Positions 49,706-62,122 of a DNA stretch of 64,000 bases are shown piece by piece. Made by a program: the position numbers and the translations under genes. This stretch comes from Malacoraja senta (Eukaryota): NCBI GenBank assembly GCA_038087875.1, contig CM075990.1, positions 1,552,001-1,616,000 of the forward strand, given 5' to 3'. The number at the start of each line of letters is the position of its first letter. The stretch's first letter is position 1. The notes below the pieces were generated by a model, which saw only the letters and a list, made by a program, of their open reading frames with translations, did not search any database and had not been told where the DNA came from.

Positions 49706-52700
49706 GAAATACCTCACATTTATCCACATTAAACTGCATCTGCCATGCGTCTGCCCACTCACACAACCTGTCCAAGTAGCAATGTTACAACATTTTGAGG
49801 TTTGAAAAATCAAGTCTGCAATTTATCCCATCAGATAAAGCATAAAAAGAAGTTTAATTTGACACCTAATTCACTTTCATATCTTCAGTATTAAAAAGGT
49901 TATGGCCATTTCCATACTCTGAAATTAGCATCTTGTTCCCTATTGCTTTTCCATTGACAACTCAAAAGCTGTGATCGAGGACAGTCAAAAGCCCTTCAGT
50001 TTCTTAAAAATTAAGAGAGCTGAATGAAATGTTCAGTTATTATAGACTGAAGCATTCTGAAACAAATATGAAACAATCTTACCTGAATGACCTGAAATTA
50101 AGGCATATAATTAGTTAGTTACCTAATTGTAGCCAATTACAAAATTCAATTACTAGATCTAAACATCTATCCATTTCTTAAGAAAATGTTAACATTTTTC
50201 CGGTGCTTCCGGTGGCGCTAATGGTGGAGTAGAGGTGTGTGCCAGCTAGCTCCACGCAAACCCGAGAAAAAACGGGAGAAAAATAACGGACTGACCTGCA
50301 GAAATTACACCGGCAGCCTGAGTGACGTCATCAGACCTGCGACTCCGGAGTATAATGTCGGTAAAACACTCCCCCGCAAAGGGAGCTGCTAAAAAACCCG
50401 GAAAAGCTAAAACCCCGGTGGAAGAAATAGGCCCGACTGAAGCCTCGGGCTCAGTTTCAACGTCGTCCCAGGAGGACGTTTCAAAGGTCCAGAAGCCAAA
50501 GACAAAGAAAAGCGAAATGGAGGAACTTCGCATCCTTATCACTAAGGAAATTGCAAGTATGAGAGAATAATTGATAAACTTTAAAAAATAAATGAACATT
50601 AAAGAAATACTGAGAGGTTTTAAAAAGGAATTTAAAGAAGACCTCTTGGATTTTGAAGATAAAATCGATAAGTTTGTCCGTACAGAACTGGTTACCACGA
50701 AGGAGAAACTATCTGCAAACCTCGATTTACAAATTAATGAAGCAAATGAGAAAATTAAGTTGATTGAATCCAACTTAAATGCTAAGCTGGATCCTGTCTT
50801 CAACACAATAAGTCAACAAACGGAGGTCATGACTCCGTTTGGAGTCAATTGCTGACAAGAGCTCTCAAACTACAGAAACACTTCTTGCCGAGAACAAGCG
50901 TTTATTAGATTTACAGCATATAGTAATTGAAAAATGTATTGACTTGGAGGGATGCCAAAGACGTCAGAACTTAAGAATTGTTGGCGTCCTAGAGGGTAAA
51001 GAAGGAACTAAAGATCTCCGTGACTATGCTGCAGACGTATTGAAAAAAGTCTTGAATTTGGATCAAAAGCCTTTATTAGGCCAGGCACAAAGGATGGGAC
51101 GTCGCTCAGGCCCGAATGTGCCCCCAAGGCAACTGACAGTGAAGGTGCTATATGACCACGGATGATATCATGAAAAAAATTGCTAGCACCAGAAATCTTC
51201 TGTTCGAGGGAGACAAAATCAGCATTTTCCGAGACCGCGGAAGTGGTCAAAAGGAGAGCGTTATTTACCGAGACAAGAGGGATTCTTAACAAGATAGACA
51301 ACTTGAGATATGGACTGCTGTACCCTGCAAGACTGAGAGTCACCTATGAACAGAAGGAGCAGATTTTTACTGACCACAAGAAAGCATTGGCGTTCGCCCA
51401 GATGATCGGCCAGAAGAGCGTGGGCCTGAGTGCTGATTGAATAACATTCATATGATATCCTCATCTTGCGGAGAATAAATGAAACTTTAAATTGCTTTAC
51501 TCAAGGACTAATGAAAGATGATAACGATAACTGAACAAACCTTCTTCATATGGACATATTATTTTAATATTTTAGTACTAATTATTACCAACAAATACTA
51601 ATTATTAAGACTACTATTATTATTATTAGATTAATTCGTTAAAAATATGAATTGCAAACAAGGTATAACCTGGGTATTTTATTAATTAAAATTAGCTATG
51701 TTTATTCTTTTTTTTGACATCAGACTAATATTTGACTAATACTTAGCCAAGAGAGTAATAGTCTCTCATCACATGATTACTAATCTTTTGGACCAAAATA
51801 GTTCTAACATTAATCCCGTAAATCACTCTTACTGAGTTGTTTTTATTTTTAGCGTGGAGCTAGTAATAAAAAAAATTCTAAGGCTACGGAAGTCCTTAGA
51901 TGGCCAGCCACGTTAGTGTGGCTAACACTAACTACACTATTTGTAGATGTAGTTTCTTCTTTTTTCTTGTACTTTATTAATTTTTATTTTTTTACATTAT
52001 TTTTTTATTTCTTACTTAATTACTATCATGAAGTTGATTTGAATTATAAGTATTATTTGTGGAGAGAGGTCCGGGAGGAAGATCTATTAAATTTAAAACT
52101 CATCTGTCCTGTGTTCGGGTGGATTGTCTGGCATACTGTGCTGAGCTATCTACTCTTTAATAGACTACCCTAACCATATGATGCAAGACGTTAATAGAAA
52201 AATTGGTGGTCACAGAATTACTTTTTGTAGCTGGAACGTTAAGGGAATTAATTAATCAATCAAGAGAGGTAAAGTATTAGCACACTTTAAGTCACTCAAT
52301 GCAGATATAACATTTCTTCAAGAAACTCATCTTAAAAACGAAGCACAACACAGATTGAAAGCAAAGTGGATTGCTGAAACATATCACTCTTCGTCCTCCC
52401 ATAAGGCCAGAGGGGTCGCAATTGTAATCCGTAAAGATATACCTTTTAAACACATATCAACTATTACGGACAATAATGGTAGATATACTATACTAGTGGG
52501 GGAATTATATCTTAAAAAAGTGATACTTCTCAATGTCTATGGACCAAATTTTGATAACCCTTTGTTTTTTTAAGAATATACTTAATACTATCCCGGAACT
52601 CACACAACATAACTTGATAATTGGTGGAGATCTAAATTGTACACTAGACTCTTATGTAGTCAGATCGTCAAGACAAAGAAAAGCAAAATCCAAGACAAGC

Positions 52701-53838
52701 ACATTATTAAATTCATACATTAATTCTACTAATATCAAAGATGTTTGGAGAATTGAAAACCCTTCCGGAAGGGAATATTCATTCTACTCACCGGTACATA
52801 AAACTTACTCAAGGATAGATTACTTTTTAGTAGACTCTAAGCTTATCCCATTTACTTATAATTCGAAATATTATAATGTTATAATTTCGGACCACGCTCA
52901 TTTAACTTTTATGATCAAACTAAGCGGAATGACTGAGAAGCAGACACAATGGAGATTTAATCCTCAAATTTTAAATGATAAAGCATGTTGTGAATACCTT
53001 ATCACACAGATAAATATGTTTTTCGAGACTAATGACTTCCCTGAAATATCTGCCTCCCTTCTTTGGGAAATATTTAAAGCATTTATACGCGGAGCGTTAA
53101 TCTCCACGCAAGCCCTTCGTAATAATAAGAACCGTGCCAAACAACAGGAATTGGAAATGGAGATAAGGCAATTAGATATGGAAAATGCAATCGCGCCCTC
53201 TACGATAATACATAATAAAATTGCTGCACTCAAATATAAGTTAAATCTGATATATTCAGATCAAATCATAAAACGTTATCAAAATACTAAACAACTACAC
53301 TTTGAGTTCGGTGATAAACCACAAAAATTACTGGCACATCAGCTCCGGAAACAGGAAGGGGAAAAAACAATTTATAAAATTAAATCAGGTACGGGAGAAA
53401 TACTAACATTACCCAAGGATATTAATGATAGATTTTCTCAATACTATCAAACACTTTACTCAACCAAAACGATAGTGGGGTCTGCAGGAATGGAACCATT
53501 TTTACAGAAATGTAATCTTACAGGTTTAGATCTGAAGGAGAGGGAATTATTAGGGGCCGAAATATCAGTAAAAGATATTGAAGAATCTATTAGATCTTTA
53601 AAAAATGGAAAGGCCGTTGGCCCTGATGGTTTAAATAGTGAATTTTACCCAAAAAAAACATGATCTGATCCCTCCACGCCTACAGACATTATATACTCAT
53701 GCTTTCATGCAACAGAAATTACCAGAAACTTTAAATGAATCAACAACAATACTTATACCCAAAATGGATAAGGACACTGAAGATCCAGGTTCATATAGAG
53801 CAATTGCTCTCTTAAACACAGATCAGAAAATATTAACC

Positions 53839-54038
53839 NNNNNNNNNNNNNNNNNNNNNNNNNNNNNNNNNNNNNNNNNNNNNNNNNNNNNNNNNNNNNN
53901 NNNNNNNNNNNNNNNNNNNNNNNNNNNNNNNNNNNNNNNNNNNNNNNNNNNNNNNNNNNNNNNNNNNNNNNNNNNNNNNNNNNNNNNNNNNNNNNNNNNN
54001 NNNNNNNNNNNNNNNNNNNNNNNNNNNNNNNNNNNNNN
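53839..54038. other. Assembly gap (200 N) inside L1 ORF2
   Basis: Run of N. Most of the RT domain is missing across it. Confidence 1.
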
Positions 54039-54494
54039 GGAATTATATAGACTAGCATGGGAAAAGGAATTAACCCAACCCATAACAAAAGATATTTGGG
54101 ATGAAAGTCTACAAACATATACACCAATGCTCATTAAATACCAGACATTCTTTAATACAATTTAAAGTACTACATAGACTGCATTATTCAAAAACAAAAT
54201 TAAATGGAATCTTTCCTAATATCTCTCCTATCTGTGATCAATGCCAATACTCGGCGGCTAATTTAACCCATACTTTTGTAAATTGTATAAAAATTAATAA
54301 TTACTGGATGGATATTTTTTTAATAATCTCTGTATTTGTTAATACTCAACTGGATCCCGATCCTAAATTAATAATATTGGGCATATCAGAACAATACCTA
54401 AAACTTACAACAAACCAAAGAAATTTCCTTGATTACAGTATGATAATTGGGAAAAAATTAATATTAAAATTTTGGAAAAATCCTGCAACACTCT

Positions 54495-55542
54495 TGTGAG
54501 TGAGGATTTCTGGAACGCGATCATTTGGAACGTTCATTTGCGGTGAATTTAACCCCGTATTGGCATGAAAAATTCTGCCGTTAGTTCCGGGAATAAAATC
54601 ACCGTTTCGCAAGAACAAATGTGAATTAAAGGCTTCTTAAGAAGCACTTTTATACATTTAAAGAAACCACTTTCGTTTACCTGTCCCGTACGTGAAATCC
54701 GTCCCCGTTATCGGCGTTGACGGCTTTAGGAGTTGATTTTAAAGTGACTCCAGGGCTGACATTGTCGATTTAATAAAAAATAAAAAATTCACAAAACGCC
54801 CCTAGGAACGATTTTTCAGCAAACGCTTGTACTCCAACGAAATATAATTCAGGACAAGGTAGGAGAAACCCGCGTTTTAAGCCCGCCCCCCCCCTCAAAG
54901 GCGCCAAAATCGCGCACACGGCCAGTGGCAGAATTACAGCGCCATTGAAGGTAAGTTTTGTAACATACCTACATATTAACATGACCTCTATTTATTTATG
55001 TTTATAGATAAGAAAAATAAAGAAATAAAGTGAAGAAATTAGAAAAAAATATGATAAACTATCAATAATACAACTTAGAAGATAGGTCCGTAGGTCAGAA
55101 AACATAACTATTCATCTACTCCTGGGTTCAGGTTTCAGCCAGGCCTCCGCGTCGGCCCAGTCTACCCCTTCAAATAATCTATAAATGGAGACCATATTTT
55201 AGTAAATAATTCTGGTTTGTCAATTAAGACATATCTAATTTTTTTCCAAATATAAGGTCTCCGACATCTCCATAATCCACATCTCAATTTCTTTCAGTTC
55301 TCTTAATTTTTAAAAAAGATATGGGCTTTTAACTGTCCTCGATCACAGCTTTTGTGTTAAGTCAATGGAAAAGCAATAGGGAACAAGATGCTAATTTCCG
55401 AGTATGGAAATGGCCATAACTTTTTTAATACTGAAGATATGAAAGTGAATTAAGTGTCAAATTAAACTTCTTATTATGCTTTATCGGATGGGATAAATAG
55501 CAGACTTTATTTTTTAAATCTCAAAATTTTGTAACATTACTA
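54495..55542. mobile_element. Second copy of the 7-bp-TSD transposon in the L1 3'UTR, rearranged by inversion
   Basis: Termini end at 54971 and 55542. The TSD TAATATG is at 55543-55549 and its reverse complement CATATTA at 54972-54978. Confidence 0.75.
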
Positions 55543-56319
55543 TAATATGTAACCGATAAAGGAGGACCCCAGCTACTTTGGTAACTGGATCCCCGGAACC
55601 CTGGATACTTAATATGTAATCGTTAAACAAAGTTTGTATTGGTTTGGACTATGATATGCAGACACCTCTAATAAAAATTTAAATAAAAAAATAAAAAACA
55701 TTTTTAAATAACCCAAGTGTCCAAATAACATTCACACAATAATTCACAATATAACATGATTTTAAAATCTCATTGTCATGAATTTATATGCCAAATTGAA
55801 GGAATTTAATGATTAATTCCCGTAAATTAATGGGCATTTTAATCATCTTGCGAGTGGGTTTTTGTGGAACGCGATCGATTGGAACGTTGCAGTTGTGGTG
55901 AATTTGAACCACATATCGGCAGGAAAAACACTGCCGGTTCGTATGTGGTCAAAAGCACATTATCGCCAAGGCCATTTTGATTAAAGTCATCTTAAGAAGC
56001 AAGTTTATATGTAAAATACACGACTTACATTTTGCTTTGTCCCTACGTGAGATCCGTCCCGTTGTAGGCGTTGACGGCGTTAGAAGTAGCTTTTTATTTT
56101 ACTCCAGGGATTAAATTGTCCCGCGATTTTTTTTTTAAACTTCCGAGAACGGAAGTCGGAACGATTTTTCTGCAGCAGCTTAACAGCCTGAGAAAGTTCG
56201 CCTCCAACAAGCATGAGAAAACGGCATTTTAATCCCCCCCCTCAAAGGCGCCAAAGTCGCGCACATGGACAATTGGCAGAACTATAGCGGCGCTGAAGGT
56301 AAGTATTGTAACATCGCTA

Positions 56320-56616
56320 GTCCAAGTCACCCTGCATCCTCATAGCATCCTCCTCACAGTTCACAATGCCATCCAGCTTTGTGTCATCTGCAAATTTGCT
56401 AATGTTACTTTTAATTCCTTCATCCAAATCATTAATATATATTGTAAATAGCTGCTGTCCCAGCACCGATATTTGCGGTACCCCACTAGTCACTGCCTGC
56501 CATTCTGAAAGGGACCCGTTAATTCATACCCTTTGTTTCCTGTCTGCCAACCAATTTTCCATCCATGTCAACACGCTATCACCAATACCATGAGCTCTAA
56601 TTTTGCCCAGTATTCA
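56320..56616 (-). mobile_element. CR1/HER1-type RT fragment
   Basis: Inverted paralog of 27770-28051. Confidence 0.85.
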
Positions 56617-57222
56617 CTGGAAAAGAATGGAAGGGTACGGACCAAAACGGGCAAATACTATTGGCGTAGAGGGCGTCACTGTCGACAAGTATATGGTGGG
56701 CCATGCGGGCCCGTATCTGTCGTGAACGTTTCTATATTTATTTGAATCTAATGTCGCGGGCCTGTTCCGAGAAGTGCGAGGAAATTACGAAGCATCCAAA
56801 GCTTTAAAACTGGTGCTGATAACGGAGGGAGCGATGATGTTAACAGACATTTATTGAAATCCGGTCCCGGGCCGTAAGGGATTGATGGCAAGGCAGTGAT
56901 ACACGCTACCGGACGGTGAATTCCCTTCATCGGAGAATCTGTGAAAACCGGGCAATGAAGTTTCGGTGTCAGTGATCTTAAGTGTCTGCATACTGACGAT
57001 TACAACGCCATTTGCAGGTACAGGATCAATCAAATCAATTATTTCAAATGCATGCGGATCTTTACATTGAAATCAAAAGAAGATATAGATAGTCGAATTT
57101 ATGCAGGCACTACAGGGAAGCTGGTAAATCATAGCTCTTGGTGCTGGCGATAGCGCGCTGCGAAGGCATCACCAGATGTAGAAGATTCCGTGGTGAACGT
57201 GACAGACAGATATTTGAAAGCC
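56617..57222 (+). repeat. ~620-bp locally repeated unit
   Basis: Matches 58550-59150 and the reverse complement of 27095-27700. Confidence 0.85.
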
Positions 57223-57374
57223 TTTTGGTAAAATAAAATGAAGTTGATTCAAGTGCTTAATTCAGTGTTTTTACTGAAACTACACTGGGGGGGGGGGGGA
57301 GCTTAGAAACGAGCAATTATCACTCCTAAACATTTTGTTGTGCCGTTGCCTGCACATATGACAATAATCAATAT

Positions 57375-58520
57375 GTGCAGGAGTAGGCCCATTCGGCTAC
57401 TTCGAGCTAGCACCGCCATTCAATGTGATCATGGCTGATCATCCACAATCAGTACCCTGTTCCTGCCTTCTCTCCATATCCCTTAACTCCGCTATCCCTA
57501 AGAGCTCTATACAATTCTCTCTTGAAAGCATCCAGAGAACCAGCCTCCACCGCCGTCTGAGGCCGAGAATTCCTCACACTCACAACTCTCTGTGTGAAAA
57601 CGTTTTTCCTCATATTCGTTCTAAATGGCTTACCCCTTATTCTTAAACTGTGGCCCCTGTTTCTGGACTCCTCCAACATTGGGAACAAGTTTCCTGCCTC
57701 CAGCGTATCCAAACACTTAATAATCTTATATGTTTCAATAAGATCCCCTCTCATCCTTCTAAATTCCGGAGTATACAAGCCCAGCCGCTCGAATCTATCA
57801 ACATATGACAGTCCCGCCATCCCGGGAATTAACCTTGTGAACCTACGTTAGCAAGAAGGTCCTTCCTCAAGTTTGGAGACCAGAACTGCACACAATACTC
57901 CAGGTGGGTTCTCACTAGGGCCCTGTACAACTGCAGGAAGACCTCTTTGCTCCTATACTCAACTCCTCTTGTTAGGAAGGCAACATGCCATTTGCTTTCT
58001 TCACTGCCTGCTGTACCTGCCTGCTTACTTTCAGTGACTGATGAACAAGGACCGCTAGATCCTGTTGTACTTCCCCTGTTCCCAACTTGACACAAATTAC
58101 ATAATAAGCTGCCTTCCTGATTTTGCCATCAAAGTGGATAACCTCTTATTTATCCACATTAAACTGCATCTGCCATGCATCTGCCCACTCATCCAACCTG
58201 TCCAAGTCATCCTGCATCCTCATAGCATCCTCCTTACAGTTCGCAATGCCACCCAGCTATGTGTCATCTGCAAAATTTCCAATGTTACTTTAATCCCTTC
58301 ATCCAAATGATTAATATATATTGTAAATAGCTGCGGTCCCAGCACGGAGCCTTGCGGTAACCCGCTAGTCACTGCCTGCCATTCTGAAAGAAACCCGTTA
58401 ATTCCTACCCTTTGTTTTCTGTCTGCCAACCAATTTTCTATCCATGTCAGCACACTACCCCCAAAACCATGTGCTCTAATTATGCCCACTATTCTCCTAT
58501 GTGGAACCTTATCAAATCCT
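57375..58520 (-). mobile_element. CR1/HER1-type LINE 3' half
   Basis: [38 protein letters not shown] and the 3'UTR. Confidence 0.9.
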
Positions 58521-59180
58521 TATGACAATTAAATACTCTTGACTCGACTCTCTGGAAAAGAATGGAAGGGTACGGACCAAAACGGGTAAATCGTATTGGC
58601 GTAGAGGGACTCACCATCGCCTTGGACAAAGTGGGCCATGAGGGCCCGTATCTGTGGTGCACATTTCTATATTTATTTGAATCTAATGCCGAGGGTCTTT
58701 TCCGAGATGTGCAAGGAAATTACGAATTATCCAAAGCTTTAAAACATGTGCTGATAAGGGAGGGAGCGATGATGTTAAGGGCCGCTTATTGAAATTCGGT
58801 CCTGGGCGTCAAGGAATTGGTGGTGAGGCAGTGAGACACGCTACCCGGGGAGAATTCCGTTCATCGGAGACTTTAAACCGGGCAATGAAGTTTCGGTGCC
58901 AGTGATCTTAAGTGTCTGCATACTGAGGATTACAACGCCATTTGCAGGTACGGGATTAATCAAATCAATTATATCAAATGCATGCGGAACTTTACATTGA
59001 AATCAAAAGAGATTAAAGAGAGTCGAAGTTGTGCAGGCACTACAGGGCAGCTGATAAATCATACTTATGGGTGCTGGCGATAGCGCGCTGGGAAGGAATC
59101 AGCGGATGTAGAAGGGGTCCTGGTGAACGTGACAGATAGATATTTGAAAGCCGGGGTGCTGAGAGAGATGACAGCAATTA
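58521..59180 (+). repeat. ~620-bp locally repeated unit
   Basis: Matches 80-362 and 56617-57222. Confidence 0.85.
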
Positions 59181-59787
59181 CAGGCCCGTACGAAGCTTTT
59201 CAAAAAGGGGGGTGGCATGACAGGAATACAAAAAAATTAATGTGAAATAATGTGCGCGCTGCGCGCATCACAAGCGCGAAGCGAGAAGTCCCTCGATGCC
59301 AGGGTCCAGATGCCACGGGTTTTAGATGCTCTCTGATGCATTCTGAGCCTTATTCAGGCGCTATTTGCACCAAATTTATGACCAATATTTCAGAAAGTAA
59401 CAGGAATCTGAGAGGAAGCTTTTTCACACAAAGGATGGTGGGTGTATGGAACGAGCTGCCAGAGGATGTAGTTAAGGCTGGGACTATCCTAGTGTTTAAG
59501 AGACATTTGGACACGTACATGCATAGGACGTGTCCAAATGTAACGCGTGTGAGCGGGACCAGTGTAGATGGGACATGTTGGTCGGTGCGGGCAAGTTGTG
59601 CTGAAGGGCCTGTTTCCATACTGCATCACCCTATGACTAAAAAGTTAAGAAGAAAAATGCATGTAGATAAGTAGAGCAGATTTGAAAGAGGAGTGAAATG
59701 TAAAGGCAGAGAGAGGTTTATGGGTGGAAAGGAACATAGGAAAGCAGGGGGAAAGGGTGTGCTTGGGCAGATGGGTGAAGGGAAAAT

Positions 59788-60010
59788 AGACACAAAGTGC
59801 TGGAGTAACTCAGCGGGTCAGGCAGCATCTGTGAAGAACATGGATAGGTGACGTTTCACAGAGTGCTGGAGTAACTCGGCGGGACAGGCAGCATCTCTGG
59901 AGAACATGGATAAGTGACGTGTCACAGAGTGCTGGAGTAACTCAGTGGGTCAGGCAGCATCTCTGGAGAAAGGGTCTAGATTATATTTCGGGTCATGACC
60001 CTTCTTCAGT
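59788..60010 (-). repeat. Tandem 66-bp Penelope pseudo-LTR units
   Basis: Units start at 59791, 59857 and 59923. A partial hammerhead core lies at 59986-60009. Confidence 0.8.
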
Positions 60011-60134
60011 AATATGCATGATGTGACATGCATAGACATTCCTGAATGTTACCCAAACCATCGTGAGCTACTTTGTGACGCTGATTGCCCTCTCCTATAA
60101 CGTCTCTGCTGCCTTGGGTGATGCAGGGCAGTAC

Positions 60135-61895
60135 ACGAGCTTTGGGACATGGTGTGAAGCTGTTGCTGTCTGTCCCACCCTGGTAAAAGCCTGGATGGAG
60201 TGGATGTGGAGAGGATGTTTCCACTAGTGGGCGAGTCTAGGACCAGTGGCCACAGCCTCAAAATTAAAAGACATTCCTTTAGGAAGGAGATGAGCAGGAA
60301 TTTCTTAAGTCAGAGGGTGGTGAACTGTGGAATTCATTGCCAGACAGCTGTGGAGGCCAAATCAATGGACATTTTTGAAGAGGAGATTGATAGATTCTTG
60401 ATTGATACGGGTGTCAGAGGTAATGGGGAGAAGGCAGGAGAAAGGGTTTGAGAGGGAAAGATAGATAGAGTCATAGAGTGACAGTGTGGAAACATGCCCT
60501 TCGGCCCAGCAGGTCCCATCTACACTAGTCCCGCCTGGCCACGTTTGATCCATATCCCTCCAAATCTGTCCTTTCCATGTACCCGTCTAACTGTTTCTTA
60601 AATGTTGCGATAGTCCCTGTCTCAACTACCTCCTGTGGCAGTTTGTTCCATACACCTACCACCCTTTGTGTGAAAATATACCCCTCAGTTTCCTATTAAA
60701 CCCTTTCCCCTTCACCTTAAACTTATGTCCTATGCTCCTCGATTCACCTATTCTGGGCAACAGACTCAACTTGATCTATTCAAATCATGATTTTATACAC
60801 CTCTATTAGATCATCCCTCATCCTCCTGTGCTCCATGAAATAGAGTCCCAGCCTACTCAACCTCTCCCTATAGCTCTGGCCCTCTAGTCCTGGAAACATC
60901 CTCGTAAATCGTCACTGTACCCTTTCCAGTTTGATGAGATATTTCCTATAACATGGTGCCCAGAACTGAATGCAATACTCTGAATGCGGCCTCACCAACT
61001 TCTTATGCAACTGCAACATGACCTCCAAACTTCTATACTCAGCCTGACCCGCTGAGTTACTCCAGCACTCTGTGAAACATCACAGAACAGGGCAAGATTA
61101 ACAAGTTTGCCGATGATACAGAAGTGAGTGGTTTAGCAGTTCGTGAAGATGGTTGTGAAAGATTGCAGCAGGATCTGGATCAATTAGCCAGGTGGGCAGA
61201 GGAATGGTTGCATGGTTCCTTGAAGGTCGAGTCGCAGGTACATCAGGTGGTCAAAAAATATTTTGCCACTTTGGCTTTCATCAGTCAGAGTATTGAGTAA
61301 AGAAGTTGGGAGGTCATGTTGCAGTTGTATAAGACGTTCGTGAGACCGGATTTAGAATATTGTGTTCAGTTCTGGGCACCATGTTATAGGAAAGATGTCA
61401 AACTGGAAAGAGGACAGAGAAGATTTATGAGGATGTTGCCAGGACTAGAGGGTTGAGCTATAGGGAGAGGTTGAGGAGGTTGGGACTCTATCCCATGGTG
61501 CGCAGGAGGATGAGGGGAAATCTTATAGAGGTGTACAAAATCATTAGAGGAATAGATCGGGTAGATGCAGTCTTTTGCCCAGAGTAAGGGAATCGAGGAC
61601 CAGAGAACATAGGTTCAAGGTGAAGGGGAAAAGATTTAATAGGAATCCGAGGGGTAACTTTTTCACACAAAAGGTGGTGGGTGTAAGGAACGAGCTGCCA
61701 GAGGAGGTAGTTGAGGTTGAGACTATCCCATCGTTTAAGAAACAGTAAGGCAGGTACATGGATAGGACAGGTTTGGAGGGATATGGACCAAACGCAGGCA
61801 AGTGGGACTAGTGTAGCTGGGACATTGTTAGCAGGTGGGGGCAAGTTGGGCCAAAGGGCCTGTTTCCACACTGTGTCACTCTATGACTCTATCCA
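60135..61895. mobile_element. CR1/HER1-type LINE 3' fragments (+ 60135-60450, - 60465-61040, + 61085-61895)
   Basis: ERMFPLVGESRTSGHSLKI and RPDLEYCVQFWAP-like sequence, with ctatga tails. Confidence 0.82.
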
Positions 61896-62122
61896 TGTTC
61901 TCCAGAGATGCAGCCTGACACGATGTGCAGGTTGTGCTTCCTCAGCTGCCGTAGGAAGTACATCCTCTGTTGTGCTTTTTTGATTGTGGAGTTGATGGTA
62001 GCCCCCAACTTAAGGTCCTTGGAGATGATGGTTCCCAGGAACTTAAAAGACTCCACAGATGTGACTCCTAAAGTCTACAATCAATTCCACTGTCTTAAGA
62101 GCATTGTGCTCCAGGTTGTTGT

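Larger units (their letters stand above)
50200..55696 (+). mobile_element. Full-length L1-clade LINE, ORFs disrupted
   Basis: AACATTTTT TSD (50191-50199, 55697-55705). ORF1 at about 50355-51440 (RRQNLRIVGV, YGLLYPARLRV). ORF2 from about 52178 (SWNVKG, FLQETH, GGDLN, YSRIDYF, ISDH, KAVGPDG, YRAIALLN). A-rich tail. Confidence 0.92.
49777..56319. mobile_element. Non-autonomous DNA transposon (~1 kb, TAG..CTA termini, 7-bp TSD) split by an L1
   Basis: TIRs TAGCAATGTTACAA / TTGTAACATCGCTA. GTCCAAG is duplicated at 49770-49776 and 56320-56326 within a CR1. Confidence 0.82.

Noticed and set aside
56950..57000. Possible C/D-box snoRNA (ATGAAG..CTGA) in the 620-bp repeat
   Set aside because: The C box is non-canonical and there is no terminal stem or recognisable guide sequence.
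59181..59400. Possible hAT-like non-autonomous element terminus (caggcccgtacg..)
   Set aside because: No matching second terminus or TSD was found, so it is too weak to call.
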